Origin: Octopus bimaculoides
Lineage: Eukaryota
Length of the DNA: 64,000 nt
Direction of reading: 5' to 3'
Assembly (NCBI RefSeq): GCF_001194135.2
Contig: NC_068988.1
Location: forward strand, 1,486,492 to 1,550,491
Shown: one piece after another, positions 13,360 through 25,729 of the stretch
Position numbering within the stretch: position 1 is the stretch's first letter
Layout of the letters: each line of letters starts with the position of its first letter
Notes under the pieces: generated by a model
What the model was told of the DNA's origin: nothing
Databases searched by the model: none
Seen by the model: the letters and a program-made list of their open reading frames with translations, nothing else
Made by a program: the position numbers and the translations under genes

Positions 13360-13526
13360 CTGTACACCCAGTTCAGTGTGAGGGTTGCAACCGAGAATCA
13401 TTTATGGGATTTCGCTATAAATGTCAGCGATGCTATAACTACCAATTGTGTCAAGATTGCTTCTGGAGAGGTCGGACATCAGGAAATCACACAGACTCCC
13501 ATGAAATGAAGGAATATTTATCCTAT
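13360..13526 (+). CDS. Dyb: Dystrobrevin exon, ZZ-type zinc finger
   Basis: cacccag|CT...TAT|gtaagt; peptide HPVQCEGCNRESFMGFRYKCQRCYNYQLCQDCFWRGRTSGNHTDSHEMKEYLSY. Confidence 0.95.
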
Positions 13527-14191
13527 GTAAGTACTAACAGCTACTAACCCTGCCATCTGGCTTCAATCCATCTTATTTTCTCTTTATTCGGGACCAGTTT
13601 TTGCTGGACACATCAGCTTAACTTTCAAATTGATTTCAATTTTATACTCTCCCCATCCTTTTCTTTAATCTCTCACACTTTGTGACATTCATTCCTTCTA
13701 CCCCAGAACATCATCCCCCTGGAATCTCCTCTCTGCTCATGACTTTCCTGCAGGTGTTTCAACAGGACACTAATATCATCGATCTCACCAGTCTCCAAGA
13801 TCCTGCAATGGCCATGGGTATCTGTCCTTCTTCTAGACTCAGCAAGTAAAAAAAAAAAAATAAAACTTCCCCACCAAAAGACTCTTATGCTGCTGTAGAC
13901 TTCTTAGTCTACTTATAGTGCAAATGTTAGCTAATACCTACTGATGTAACTAGTAGTAGCAGTAGTAGTGGTAGTTGTTGCTGCAATAACACCATCACTA
14001 ACAAGTGTAGTAATTAAACCTTTCTGTTTCAGTTAATTTTGAAGATAATGAAGAATTTAGTAAACTAACATTGTCATTATTTCGCTGGTGTTTGGAACAT
14101 AAATTGAAATGAAATTTTGGTTCAGAGTTTTAGTTTAGATCACTTTAACCTTTTGTTCCCATATGTGTTGAAATACATTGCCTTTGTTTAA

Positions 14192-14413
14192 CCCTTTCAT
14201 TACCGTATTTATTTTGAGATGCTCTGTGTTTCTTTCAATTAATTTTAAATATAACAAAGAATTTAGTAAAATAACTTAGTAATCATTAAGCTAGTGTAAG
14301 GAACATAAATTGTGACCAAGGTTTGGTGGAAGATTTTAATTCAAGACTTATGAAAACAAGACATTTGTACAACAGAGCCAGAGCTGGTTTCAGCCGGATT
14401 GGTATCAAACGGG
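14192..14413. mobile_element. piggyBac-like MITE with TTAA target-site duplication, among related older copies (14015-14581)
   Basis: TTAA|CCCTTTCATTACC ... GGTATCAAACGGG|TTAA; related degenerate copies near 17070-17650 and 34950-35160. Confidence 0.7.
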
Positions 14414-14740
14414 TTAAGTTGATTTTGAAAATAGTGAAGAATTCAGTAAAATAACTTCATCCATTATGAAACTGGTGTTTGGAACCTAAATTAACATGAG
14501 ATTCAGATCACTTGAAAACAGGAAGCATCATAAAAAGAGGGGCAAGACTAGTTTCAGGCAGAATTGCATCAAAAGGGTTAATAACAGCAATGACTGTTGC
14601 GTGTATGAAGGATTTGGGATTCAGGCCCAAAGCTTCACCCCATTCATAGAAGAGCTTGGGCCTTCGCAGTTGCTTGAATCAGTTCCACTCCCTGACCTTT
14701 TGTGTTCAGCCATGGGGAAATATTACCTTGTTTGGAAACT

Positions 14741-15045
14741 AGGGAGGGCTGTCTCCAGGGAGGGCTGTCTCCAGGGAGGGCTGTCTCCAGGGAGGGCTGT
14801 CTCCAGGNNNNNNNNNNNNNNNNNNNNNNNNNNNNNNNNNNNNNNNNNNNNNNNNNNNNNNNNNNNNNNNNNNNNNNNNNNNNNNNNNNNNNNNGGAGGG
14901 CTGTCTCCAGGGAGGGCTGTCTCCAGGGAGGGCTGTCTCCAGGGAGGGCTGTCTCCAGGGAGGGCTGTCTCCAGGGAGGGCTGTCTCCAGGGAGGGCTGT
15001 CTCCAGGAGAGCCATCTCCAGGGAGAGCCATCTCCAGGGAGAGCA
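14741..15045 (+). repeat. G-rich 16-bp minisatellite (AGGGAGGGCTGTCTCC)n
   Basis: 11 visible perfect units around an N gap, plus about 3 variant units (AGGGAGAGCCATCTCC). Confidence 0.95.
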
Positions 15046-16556
15046 TCTGACTGTAGAAAATATGTCTTTATGAATTCCCATGTCTGAATTATACAAACAT
15101 AGCAAAGTGGACTTAAAAAGTGAAAGAAAATGTAAAGTGTGCGTGTATGTGTGATAAGATTTTCATGAGCCAACAAGGGAATCCACATGTAATCAATTGA
15201 TCTGTCCATTTTGTAATTTTTTTTTACCTATTTTCCAACCCATACCAAAACGGAAAATGGACATTAGATGATGATTGTCTCTAAGAATATTTTTTTCTCT
15301 CAAGATAATTTCTACCTTGTATATATTTCAATATCTGAGTGAATATGAACATCTTAACTATGAATGTACATACCTGTATTTCTGGTTGGGTATAAATTGA
15401 GGGAGATTTAGCTGCTATTTCTACCAGGTCAAGCAACCATGTAACTGCCCCTTTGTTGGCACTTTTTATTTACTCTTTTACTTGTTTCAGTCGTTTGACT
15501 GTGGCCATGCTGGAGCACTGCCTTTAGTCGAGCAAATCGACCCCAGGACTTAGTCTTTGTAAACCTAGTACTTATTCTATCGGCCTCTTTTGCCAAACTG
15601 CCAATTTACGGGTACGTAAACACACCAGCATCAGTTGTCAAATGATGTTGGGGACAAATACAGACGCACACACACACACACGCACACGCCGGGCTTCTTT
15701 CAGTTTCCGTCAACTAAATCCACTCACAAGGCTTTGGTCGGCCTGAGGCTATAGTGAAAGACATTTGCCCAAGGTGCCACGTAGTGGGACTGAACCCAGA
15801 ACCATGTTGTTGGTAAGCAAGCTACTTACCACACAGCCACTCCTGCACCTATGAAGTATTGTGTAATGGGTTAGATAAAACCTGGCTGTAATAATACCTG
15901 TGTGAGGGGGGGGGGTAACATGTGGTGGTGGTGGTGGGGGGTGTTTTGAGATAAATATTTTAACCTGGAGATGGAAAATCAGTCTTTTCACTGTCGGGTT
16001 TGCATTTCATTGGGTATTGTGTGCTACGTATAGTGTTATCTTCCCCCCCTGCTCTTATCACTTTACATTTCTCTTATAACAAACAACCCAGTGTCTATAG
16101 CATGACACAGTTTGTTCGCTTGGATAATATCTCCCCTCAACAAAAAAAAAAAAAAGAAAACCTTCTTAGTATTCAGAAAGCCTTTCTGCCATGCATTACT
16201 GAATATGTGTGTGTGTGTGTGTGTGTGTGTGCCTATCACTAAATCTAGATAATTGTTATCTTAGACATATACATTATATATTTTTAAACACATACATGCA
16301 TGTGTATACTCACATGTATATATACACATATATAAATATATAGATATATAGATATATGACTGTGCTCTTTTTCTTAATACATTTACAAATCAGTTTCAGT
16401 TCTTCGTTTTACTAGTCATGGACGACCAAAAATATCTAAACAAAGTAACATCTTTACATTTATTTTGAGAAATATAATGTTCAAAGCTAAAAATGTCATT
16501 TAAATCCATTTAAAATCCATTTTCACACTTTCTCTCTCTATTTTTGACTCCGACAG

Positions 16557-16565
16557 GGAAGCACA
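16557..16565 (+). CDS. Dyb: Candidate 9-nt dystrobrevin microexon (GST)
   Basis: tttcacactttctctctctatttttgactccgacag|GGAAGCACA|gtaagt; phase 0-0 inside a phase-0 intron. Confidence 0.6.
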
Positions 16566-18856
16566 GTAAGTGACACCTTAGACTTTGTTTCTTGTTTTTG
16601 AACTTGTAAAATTAACTTACAGCATAGTAAATAGTAGTTACTAAACTCTTCTAGTCTTATAAATAGTAGCTCATAAGTAATAATATTCACAACTAATGCC
16701 TGTCTGACTTTTATTTCCTTTCGTATTTATGCATCTGAAATCTTCCATATAACATCTTGTGTATATAATATTTCCAAAGTCACTCTCTCTATATATACAC
16801 ATATATATGTGTGTGTGTGTGTGTAGTTTTTCTCTTTTAGTTGCATGTTCTTATGTTGGTATAAAAATGATTAGCTGGCTTTGTAGAATATTTATATAGA
16901 TCAACACAAATATATACTTTCGTAGAATCTGTATAGATCAATATAAACATATTCTTTGTAGAACGTGTTAATGCAAATATTATATGCTTTGTATTTAGAA
17001 TAAATTCATATGACACTGTTTATTAATCACAACATTATTGAATTAATTTCACTTGTTATAGAATTTTTGTTTTTTCACTTTGCCAACCTGTCTGAGATTG
17101 CTTCTGGTCTCAGAATACAAATTTGATGATTTAAAATAATTTAAATTAGAACTTTCCTTCAAAATTTTGTGTTACATTCCAAACACTCACCCAACTGTTT
17201 CAGTGCCAACCCACCCGTGACTGACCCTGATTCTTTGATGCACACTTCCTGTTTTAAAGAGAATTGAATTTAAAACTTTCCTCAAAAATTTCAAGTTCTC
17301 AATATCAGCTTAACTATTTTGGTTCCAAGCTGCCAGACATATTTCCTATTTTAAAGAGCTCTAAATTAAAATGTTTCTTCCTAATTTCTTGTTAATTTCT
17401 GTCGTAAACAGCAGCAAAACCCTTTTTACCTATCAACCCACCTACTACCCCTGGTTCTACAAAGCAAACTTCCTGTTTCAATGTGATCCACTTTAAAACT
17501 CTCCTTCAAGATTTCTGTTTCAGTCACCAGTTTAATAATGGTAAAATGATTCTAGTTAAATTCTTCATTATTTTCAAAATTTATTGAGAGAAATACAGTA
17601 TATTTCAGAAGAAATATGGTACCAAAAGAGTTTAGCCTATAATTACAGTTATTTTGGTGAAAGCTGTCTCCTCCGTTTCCAATGGTATCTTGTAACATTA
17701 AATAGGACCATTTTAGTTTTGAGAACTTTCCATTTTCTCTATAGAACCAAAAAGATCTGACTGAAACAATAAAATAACAAATGATGGTTTATTGTTGTTA
17801 TTGAGTTCCAGGTCAACAATGGTTGAGTATATCTGTGAGGAATAATATTACTCTCATGAGCAATCTACCTTCAAGCATCGGTTATTCCCAGATAACCAAT
17901 GCCACCAATTTTAGAGTCAGTATCCTGTTTGCTTTTCTCCATGACTACCAACATTATTTCCAAACCCAAGAAAGATAAATTTGAAAGCAGAGGCAGTGGA
18001 GGGGGGGGGGGAAGTCCAGATAGATCTTGTCAAATTTCCATTTGGTTTAAATGTGCAACAAGTCATGACTGGGATGTGGCCTGGCCCCCTTAGGGTGCAA
18101 GAAGTTAAGGTCCAAAACACTTGGCTGAGTGGGGTTTCTTCTTTGAAGGCCTTCTGCTGTTCAGCTCTTTTGAGAGTTTTTTAGTTTTGTAATTTATGGG
18201 AGATTTGACTGCTATTTTGAGCAGTTTGAATTACTATCTAAAAGTTCCCATGTCTAAACGCAAAGTTGAAATGAAGGGTGGAAAGAACCCTTTGCCTGCT
18301 CTCTCCAACTCAACCCCCATTTTCAGTGGTTTCATGTAAATCATAGGAAAAAAGATTAGCAAAATTGCAATATTACAAAAATTAAAAAATTCCAGAATAA
18401 AAGAAAAAAAATATAAAAAGTGTTAAATTGTAAAAAACAGAAATAGGAAATAAGATTTTGTATCCAATCTGAAAAAAAAAACTATATATGTGATACTGTT
18501 GATGATGATAATGATGATGATGGTGATGACGATGATGATGACGATAATGATGATGATGACGATGATGATGACGATGATGATGGTGATGGTGAGGATGATG
18601 GTGAGGATGGCCAGGAAGTGATACAGTTGATTACTTGAGGACTTAGCTTGGTTTCTGGTTCTTATCTTTCTTACTCTTATCACCTTATCTTGTTTCGATT
18701 TTGTGTGTGGGTGTGTATATGTGTGTATACATATGTATATCGGTGTGTGTATATATGTGTACATATATGTATGTCTGTATATGTATGTGTCTGTTAATAT
18801 ACATACATATATATATATAATATATATAAATGTATATATATGTGTGCATGTATATG

Positions 18857-18965
<109 letters not shown>

Positions 18966-19353
18966 ATGCGTGTCTGTGCTGCAAGCTAAACTATATTACT
19001 TTATCCCACGCTACTCTTGAAATTAATGTGCAAGTGGCTGAGCACTCCACAGACACACATGCCCTTAATGTAATTCTCAGGGAGATCCAGTGTGACACAG
19101 AATGTGACAAGGCTGGCCCCTTTGAATTACAGGTACTGCTCATTTTTGCCAGATGAGTGGACTGGGACAACGTGAAATAAAGTGTCTTGCTCAAGGACAC
19201 AATGTGTCGCCGGGAATTGAACTCACGACCTTACGATTGTGAGCCGAATGCCCTAACCACTAAGTCACATACCTTCAATATATATGTATAATCTGACGTA
19301 TATATATGTGTGTGTATATGAATTCATTTCATTTATGCTGAAATGTTTTTCAA

Positions 19354-19393
<40 letters not shown>

Positions 19394-20299
19394 TATGCTA
19401 ATGCATCCAGAATGTAATAAGATTTATATAAGTATGGTCTCACACACACACACACTGTATACATATGTAATGTCCAAACAAGCTATTATTTGGCTTTTAG
19501 TGTGTATATATTACGTATGCTGTAGTATGTATATCATCATCGTCATCACCATCACCATCATCATCATCATCATATGTCCATCTTCAGTGCTGGCATTGGT
19601 TGGACGGTTTGACAGGAATTGGCAAACCAAAAGACTGCATTGTACTGCAGTGAGGTCTGCTTTTGGCGTGGCTTCTACGGCTGCCTGCCCTTCCTAACAT
19701 CAGCCACTGCACACAGAGCGATGCTGGACTGCTTTCTTCATGGCACAACAACTGCAAGGTCATCGAGTAACTTGCTGCAAGACAAACACCCACCTTGACT
19801 GAGGGGGGGGCTTTGTACCAGGTGAGAGGAGAAGAGGGAACGGGGCCAGAAAGAGAGAGATGGTGGTGGTGGTGATTTGTTGGGAGCAACCCAGAAGTTC
19901 CAGGGAGGAGGGTATAAATGAAATGGTGAAGAGGATTGGGTGGGGAGAGTGGGAGGGGAAGGTAGTGAGTGATGAACACAGGTGGAGGGAGGGGGATGTT
20001 AGGAAGATCTGTTGTTGGGGGTGGGGAGAGATTTGGCAGGGACAAATTGTGTGCAGAGGTAAAGACACAAATGACAATTTGTATATTAAATATGCAGAAG
20101 AAAATATAATTTTTAGGTGTTTCCATCAAATGGTGGAGTCATGTGTGGGACTCTGAGTCAAACCCATTTCCTTTCTCTTCCTCACAAACCAACATATTTC
20201 TCATCTTGCACGCTTTACCTTACTCTGTCACTGTTGCTCACCTGGACAACACCTTTATCTCCTCCATTTCCAGTGATTATATTTCAATTATTACGTATA

Positions 20300-20765
20300 C
20301 ATAATATCACAGTATCAGCCAGACCATGAAGATGCTGTTGTACATTGCTGATCACAATGCGCTTCCAATTCCGCCTTGATTGTGCCATTCTTTTCCATCT
20401 TGACCCCAACTGCTTATCTAAATCATTTCATCGTGGTTGTGGAGACCTTCCAAGAGGCCTTCTCCAATCTCTTGGCAACTGCACAAGTCCACCACCTGTT
20501 ACTTGTGCTTCCAGTATTCTGTGGTCATGTCACTCATTCCAATCCATTCTCGAATTCTCTCATTTATTTCAACAAAGGAGAGGCTTGAAACAAAGCCGGA
20601 CAATGCCATGCATGCCAGGCTCTTCAAAAGCACCATTCTACCTGCGCTCTCATACACAGGTGAGACATGGGCTGCTACGAAGAGGATGAAACATCAATTG
20701 GCCATGACACAAAGAGCCATGGACAGATTCATTCTGAGATTATCAATACGAGATCATACATAATG
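20300..20765 (-). mobile_element. RTE-clade LINE 3' fragment with inverted 5' segment
   Basis: + strand 20570-20765 reads ARLFKSTILPALSYTGETW...TQRAMDRFILRLSIRDH; - strand 20570-20300 reads NERIREWIGMSD...PRDWRRPLGRSP..WKRMAQSRRNWKRIVISNVQQ. Confidence 0.85.
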
Positions 20766-21632
20766 TACTGCATGTCTGTGGAGTGCTCAGCCACTTGCAC
20801 ATTAATTTCACAAACAGGCTGTTTGGTTGAGCAAATCAACTGGAACCCTTGTTGTCGTAACTGATGGAGTGTGTCAGGTTTTCTTTGTTGTATGTTTCAT
20901 ATTATCTGTTACATAACTCTCTTTCTCTGTAACAGTGCAAGCAAACTAACAAACAAAAAAACCTTGGATTATCATCATCATCAAACATCCATCTTCCATG
21001 TTAGCATGCAGTGATGGCTGTTTCGGCATGATTTCTATGGCCAGACGTCCTTCCTTTCTAATGCTTGAAATACTTGTGAATTGAAACCTAAAATGGAGAT
21101 CCTCCCCCACCCCNNNNNNNNNNNNNNNNNNNNNNNNNNNNNNNNNNNNNCCCGAAAAAATGTAACCATCTGGAAATGAAACTCGTTAATGGTACTGTTG
21201 TAATGGGCCTCCCCCCCACCTTTTATCCTGTAGTTAGGCCCCTGAAATGTATAAAGACTGGTGTTTCTTTTCGAATAATGCCAGAGTACGAAGAAGACAA
21301 GGAATTTAGGAAATCTTTCAACAATTGATCAAACTGAAAGTGAAAAAACTGCAAAAAAGAAAAAAGAAAAATAAATCAGTGTCAAAAATGGATTTAAATA
21401 AAGTGGTTTGTTGTAAGAAACTGAAAATGGTGTTAGATGTCAATAAAACTATTATTACAACTACTACTGCTACTACTACTACTACTACTACTAAACTACT
21501 TCTGCTACTACTACTACTACTAAACTACTTCTGCTACTGCCACTACTGCCACTACTGCCACTGCTACTACGACTGCTACAGCTGTATCAGGTGTATGGGT
21601 TTTGAATAGTGATGTAAAACTATTACTGCAAA

Positions 21633-21672
21633 CACTTCTGATAGAATCACATTAGTGATTCTATCAGAAGTG
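21633..21672. repeat. Perfect 18-bp palindrome with 4-nt loop
   Basis: CACTTCTGATAGAATCAC atta GTGATTCTATCAGAAGTG. Confidence 0.95.
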
Positions 21673-22103
21673 ATAGATTATTTTCTTGTCCTGCAACCAA
21701 TTTCAATTCACTTCAATTACATCACAAAAACACCTTAAAAGAAAAGCAAAAAAAAGACCTCACTTCCTGCTTTCTCAGCTCTTAAAATTGCATGTTTTTT
21801 TCGTTTTTTTTTTTTATGTGTTGGCATGGTTGTGTGATTAAGAAGTCTGCTTCCCAACTATGTGGTTTCAGTTTCAATTCCCACAGTACGGCACCTTGGG
21901 CAAGTGTCCCCTACTTTAACCCTGTCCCTCTCCAATCCCCATCACTGAAACTGGCAAATGAGAACTGAAAGAATCCATTAGGTGTGTGTGTATGTGTGTG
22001 TCATCATCATCATCATCGTTTAACATCCGCTTTCCATGCTGACATGGATTGGACGGTCTGCTGATGACTGGCAAGCCAGGAGAAGCTGTACCAGGGTCCA
22101 ATC

Positions 22104-22211
<108 letters not shown>

Positions 22212-23233
22212 TATATATATATATATATATGAGTTGTCCCGAGACCAAGGCCTCTACCACGATTTTTAAGAAATGAGGTGGAAAACTAGCTCAGGGAGGC
22301 AGGGACGCTATCCGCTGAGACCCCTTTTGGAGCCCCCCCTACCTATATATATATATATATATATATGTAAGAGCATATGTGTATGTTTGTGTGTGATAAT
22401 TTACACTTGTGTTCAACTAAAGCCATGACCTATGAGCCATGTTGTTGTTGTTGTTGTCTTCGGTCAGCAAATCCTGCACTTGCTTCATTCCTTCTCATAC
22501 AAGTGGGATAACAAATCCCCTTCTTGAAAAACAGGTAAGGGTTTGTGACAGGAATGGTGTTTGGCTGTAAAATAATGCCTCAATAATATAATCATCTAAC
22601 CCATGCTGACATGGAAAAACAAACATAAAATATGCAGATCTGGAATATTTTTTCTAATATTATATTCTAACCCAAGGCAATAATCTTAGAACCGTCAGCA
22701 ATCTAAGCTAAATGCCTAGTGGTATTTCGTCCGTATTTTCATTCTGAGTTCAAATCCTGCCATAGTCGACTTTGTCTTTCATCCTTTTGGGGAGGTCAAT
22801 GTAATTGACCTACCCCTCCCCCAAACTTGCTGGCCTTGTGCTAAATATTTGAAACCAATATTACATTCCAACACGTATCTTTACTAACAGAAAATGGTAA
22901 CGAAAATAAAATTGATAAGCTTTTCCTTAACTTAACTTCGTGATTAGTTTATCTTAACTTTCAGAGGGGGAAAAAATGCCATCTGGTTTTAAATGTGAGG
23001 GATTTTATTGATAAATTTGATGAATGCTAGATTTTGAAAATTACAACTTGATTTATTTATTTGTTTATTTATTTTTAGAAGTTTTATCAGCGAAATCCCC
23101 CCTGATAAAAAGCTTATCTTTGCCTACCTGAAAATACTTTACACTGGTTTTTCTTATCACAGAAACTGTATTTATCAGAACGTGATCGTTTTTATTATTA
23201 TTATTATCATTATTATTATTCTGTGTTTTGTAG

Positions 23234-23361
23234 AAATCTCCAGCAAAACAGATTGGTCATTCATTGAAAAAGTCATTCCGCTGTGTACCAAGCAAACCAA
23301 ATCATAAAATTCCTACTTTTTCTGACGTTCCAGAAAACCGAATTGATTTAACAAATATTGT
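23234..23361 (+). CDS. Dyb: Dystrobrevin exon after the ZZ domain
   Basis: ttttgtag|AAA...GT|gtaagt; peptide KSPAKQIGHSLKKSFRCVPSKPNHKIPTFSDVPENRIDLTNIV matches the family KSPxKxIGHSLxKSFRCVP. Confidence 0.95.
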
Positions 23362-24752
23362 GTAAGTGTTTCTTCAGTTTCGTATTAATCAAATTCTTTG
23401 CCTGCGTAGATATATTCTCTGTGATAAATGTGCATATATATTCATCCATGCTTATGTTTACATATGAAATTCTTATTTTGGTTGGGTGAGTCTCTGGCTG
23501 CTCTCATGCTTCTTCTGTGCATTCAGACAGTCACCAGGTAAGTGATGCCATAACTTGCCAGCCAGATGAATCTGCTGTTCACATACAGGTGAAACTGCAA
23601 AGTAGAAAGAGACTGAATTAGCCTAAATATATTATTAATCTCTACTATGGTATTGAGCATTCTTCTGACAGTCAACACTAAACATACATATAAATATATG
23701 TGTTTTTATATATATATATATATATGCGCACACACACATACATACCTGAACTGACTTATTACTTCATCTTATGAATGTGTATGAACTCCTGTAGAATGGT
23801 CTTTCTCTCTCTCTTTACCTCTCTCTTTCTCCCACCCTTTGTCTCTCTCTTTCCCTCCCTCCCTCTCTTCCTCTAATTCTCTCTCTCTCTCTCTGTTTGT
23901 TTCTCTCACTTTCAACTTTTATTCTTCCAACCCAGTGTTTATTCTAAATTATATTTCCAACCATTTCTCTTGTGCTACATGAAGCTAAAACAAAGAATTG
24001 GTTGTAAAATTTTCAGCAGAAGCAACAGTTCCTTAGTTCTGGGAAAAGATAAATGATTTTTTTTGTTGATATATACTTGTTTTTTTTTTTTTAAAATATT
24101 ATTTTATGTGGAAAATGTTTGTAGTCCCCCCCCCCCNNNNNNNNNNNNNNNNNNNNNNNNNNNNNNNNNNNNNNNNNNNNNNNNNNNNNNNNNNNNNNNN
24201 NNNNNNNNNNNNNNNNNNNNNNNNNNNNNNNNNNNNNNNNNNNNNNNNNNNNNNNNNNNNNNGTAGGGATTAACTCCTTTTTTAGAAACAATATTTTTTT
24301 GAAGAACTCTGATGGAGTTGATTGATTTTTGCTCATAGGCATTTATTGTTATTGATCACCTGGAACATAAAAGATAAAATTGATTTCGAAATCTGTTCAA
24401 TAATCAATGAGATCATCTTAAAATGTCAGATACACGCCTTGGCATGACTTTTGTCCCTTTCTTCCATAAAATCCCAGAAAAAACAGTAAAGAAATCTTAA
24501 ACACCAAAACTGAGAAGATTACAATTATCCACCCAGAACAACATGGCATCTGTAGAAGGTATTATTAAATTGACCGTCTGGCAGAATTCTTAGCATGCTG
24601 GCATTTTGTCCATCTTTACATCGTGAGTTCAAATGCTGCTGGGATTGAAATTACCTTTCATCCTTTCAGGGTTGATGAAATAAGTACCAGTTGGTTGTAA
24701 TTGACTCATCCCCTTTCCCCAAAATTACAGGCCTTTTGCCAAAATTTGAAAC

Positions 24753-24807
<55 letters not shown>

Positions 24808-25021
24808 GGCAGCAAGCTGGCGGAATCGTTAGCATATTGGATGAAATGCTCAGTGGTATTTCACCCGTCACTACATTCTGAGTTCAAATTCCACCAATGT
24901 TGACTTTGCCTTTCATCCTTTTGAGGTTGATAAATGAAGTACCAGTGAAACACTGGGGTTGACATGATCGACTAGTCCCTACCCCACAAAAATTTCAGGC
25001 CATGTGCCTTTAATAGAAAAG

Positions 25022-25066
<45 letters not shown>

Positions 25067-25186
25067 TCCGCCTTAGCGAAGGCGTTGGTATTGTTTTCAG
25101 TCATGTTTGTTTGTTTGTTTGTTTGTCTGTGGACAAGATATCTCAAGATATCTCAGTAGTTGTTGACTCTCAACAACTATTGAAAA

Positions 25187-25729
25187 TACAGTTCTATATT
25201 TAAGAAATGAGGAATTATGTACATTGTTTACATTTGACAGATATTTCTCCTCATTTTGTTTGTTGTTAACACAATGTTTCGGCTGATGTATACTCCAGCC
25301 TTCATCAGGTGTCTTGGGGAAATTTCGAACCTGGGTTCTCATTCCTCAGGTATTTTTCGATGTTATTATTAAGATTATTATTATTATCATTCAGGTCACT
25401 GCCTGGAATTGAACTTGGAGTCTTGGGGTTAGTAGCCCATACTCTTAACCACTATGCTATATGGCGTAATGGTTAAGAGCGCTGCATATGGCATAGTGGT
25501 TAAGAGTGCGGGCTGCTAACCCCAAGATTCTGAGTTCGATTCCAGGCAGTGACCTGAATAATAATGATAATAGTAATAACATTGAAGAATACCAAAGGAA
25601 TGAGAGCCCAGGTTTGAAATTTCCCCAAGACACCTGATGAAGGCTGGAAGGTATATCAGCCGAAACGTTGTGTTAACAACAAACAAGATGAGGACAAATA
25701 TCCATCAAATGTAAATAATGTAAATAATG
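25187..25729. mobile_element. Head-to-head dimer of a tRNA-headed SINE with hammerhead-like 3' part; 12-bp target-site duplication
   Basis: Arms 25187-25460 (-) and 25487-25729 (+). A box TGGCATAGTGG at 25489, B box GAGTTCGATTCC at 25532. AACTATTGAAAA at 25175-25186 and 25730-25741. Confidence 0.85.
25629..25674 (+). ncRNA. Candidate minimal type I hammerhead ribozyme
   Basis: GACAC-CTGATGA-A-GGCTG(loop)CAGCC-GAAA-CG-TT-GTGTT: intact core, 5-bp stems I and II, palindromic AACGTT in place of stem III. Confidence 0.6.

Noticed and set aside
14496-15209. Repetitive ORFs (GGLSPGRAVSREGCLQ / LETALPGDSPPWRQPS)
   Set aside because: Products of the 16-bp minisatellite, open in several frames on both strands.
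17840-18190. Possible LINE reverse-transcriptase relic on the - strand
   Set aside because: Only a vague KFIFLG resemblance; too weak to call.
25487-25560. tRNA gene
   Set aside because: A/B boxes are present but there is no full cloverleaf, and it continues into a repeat body: a SINE head. The same holds for the other tRNA-like hits.
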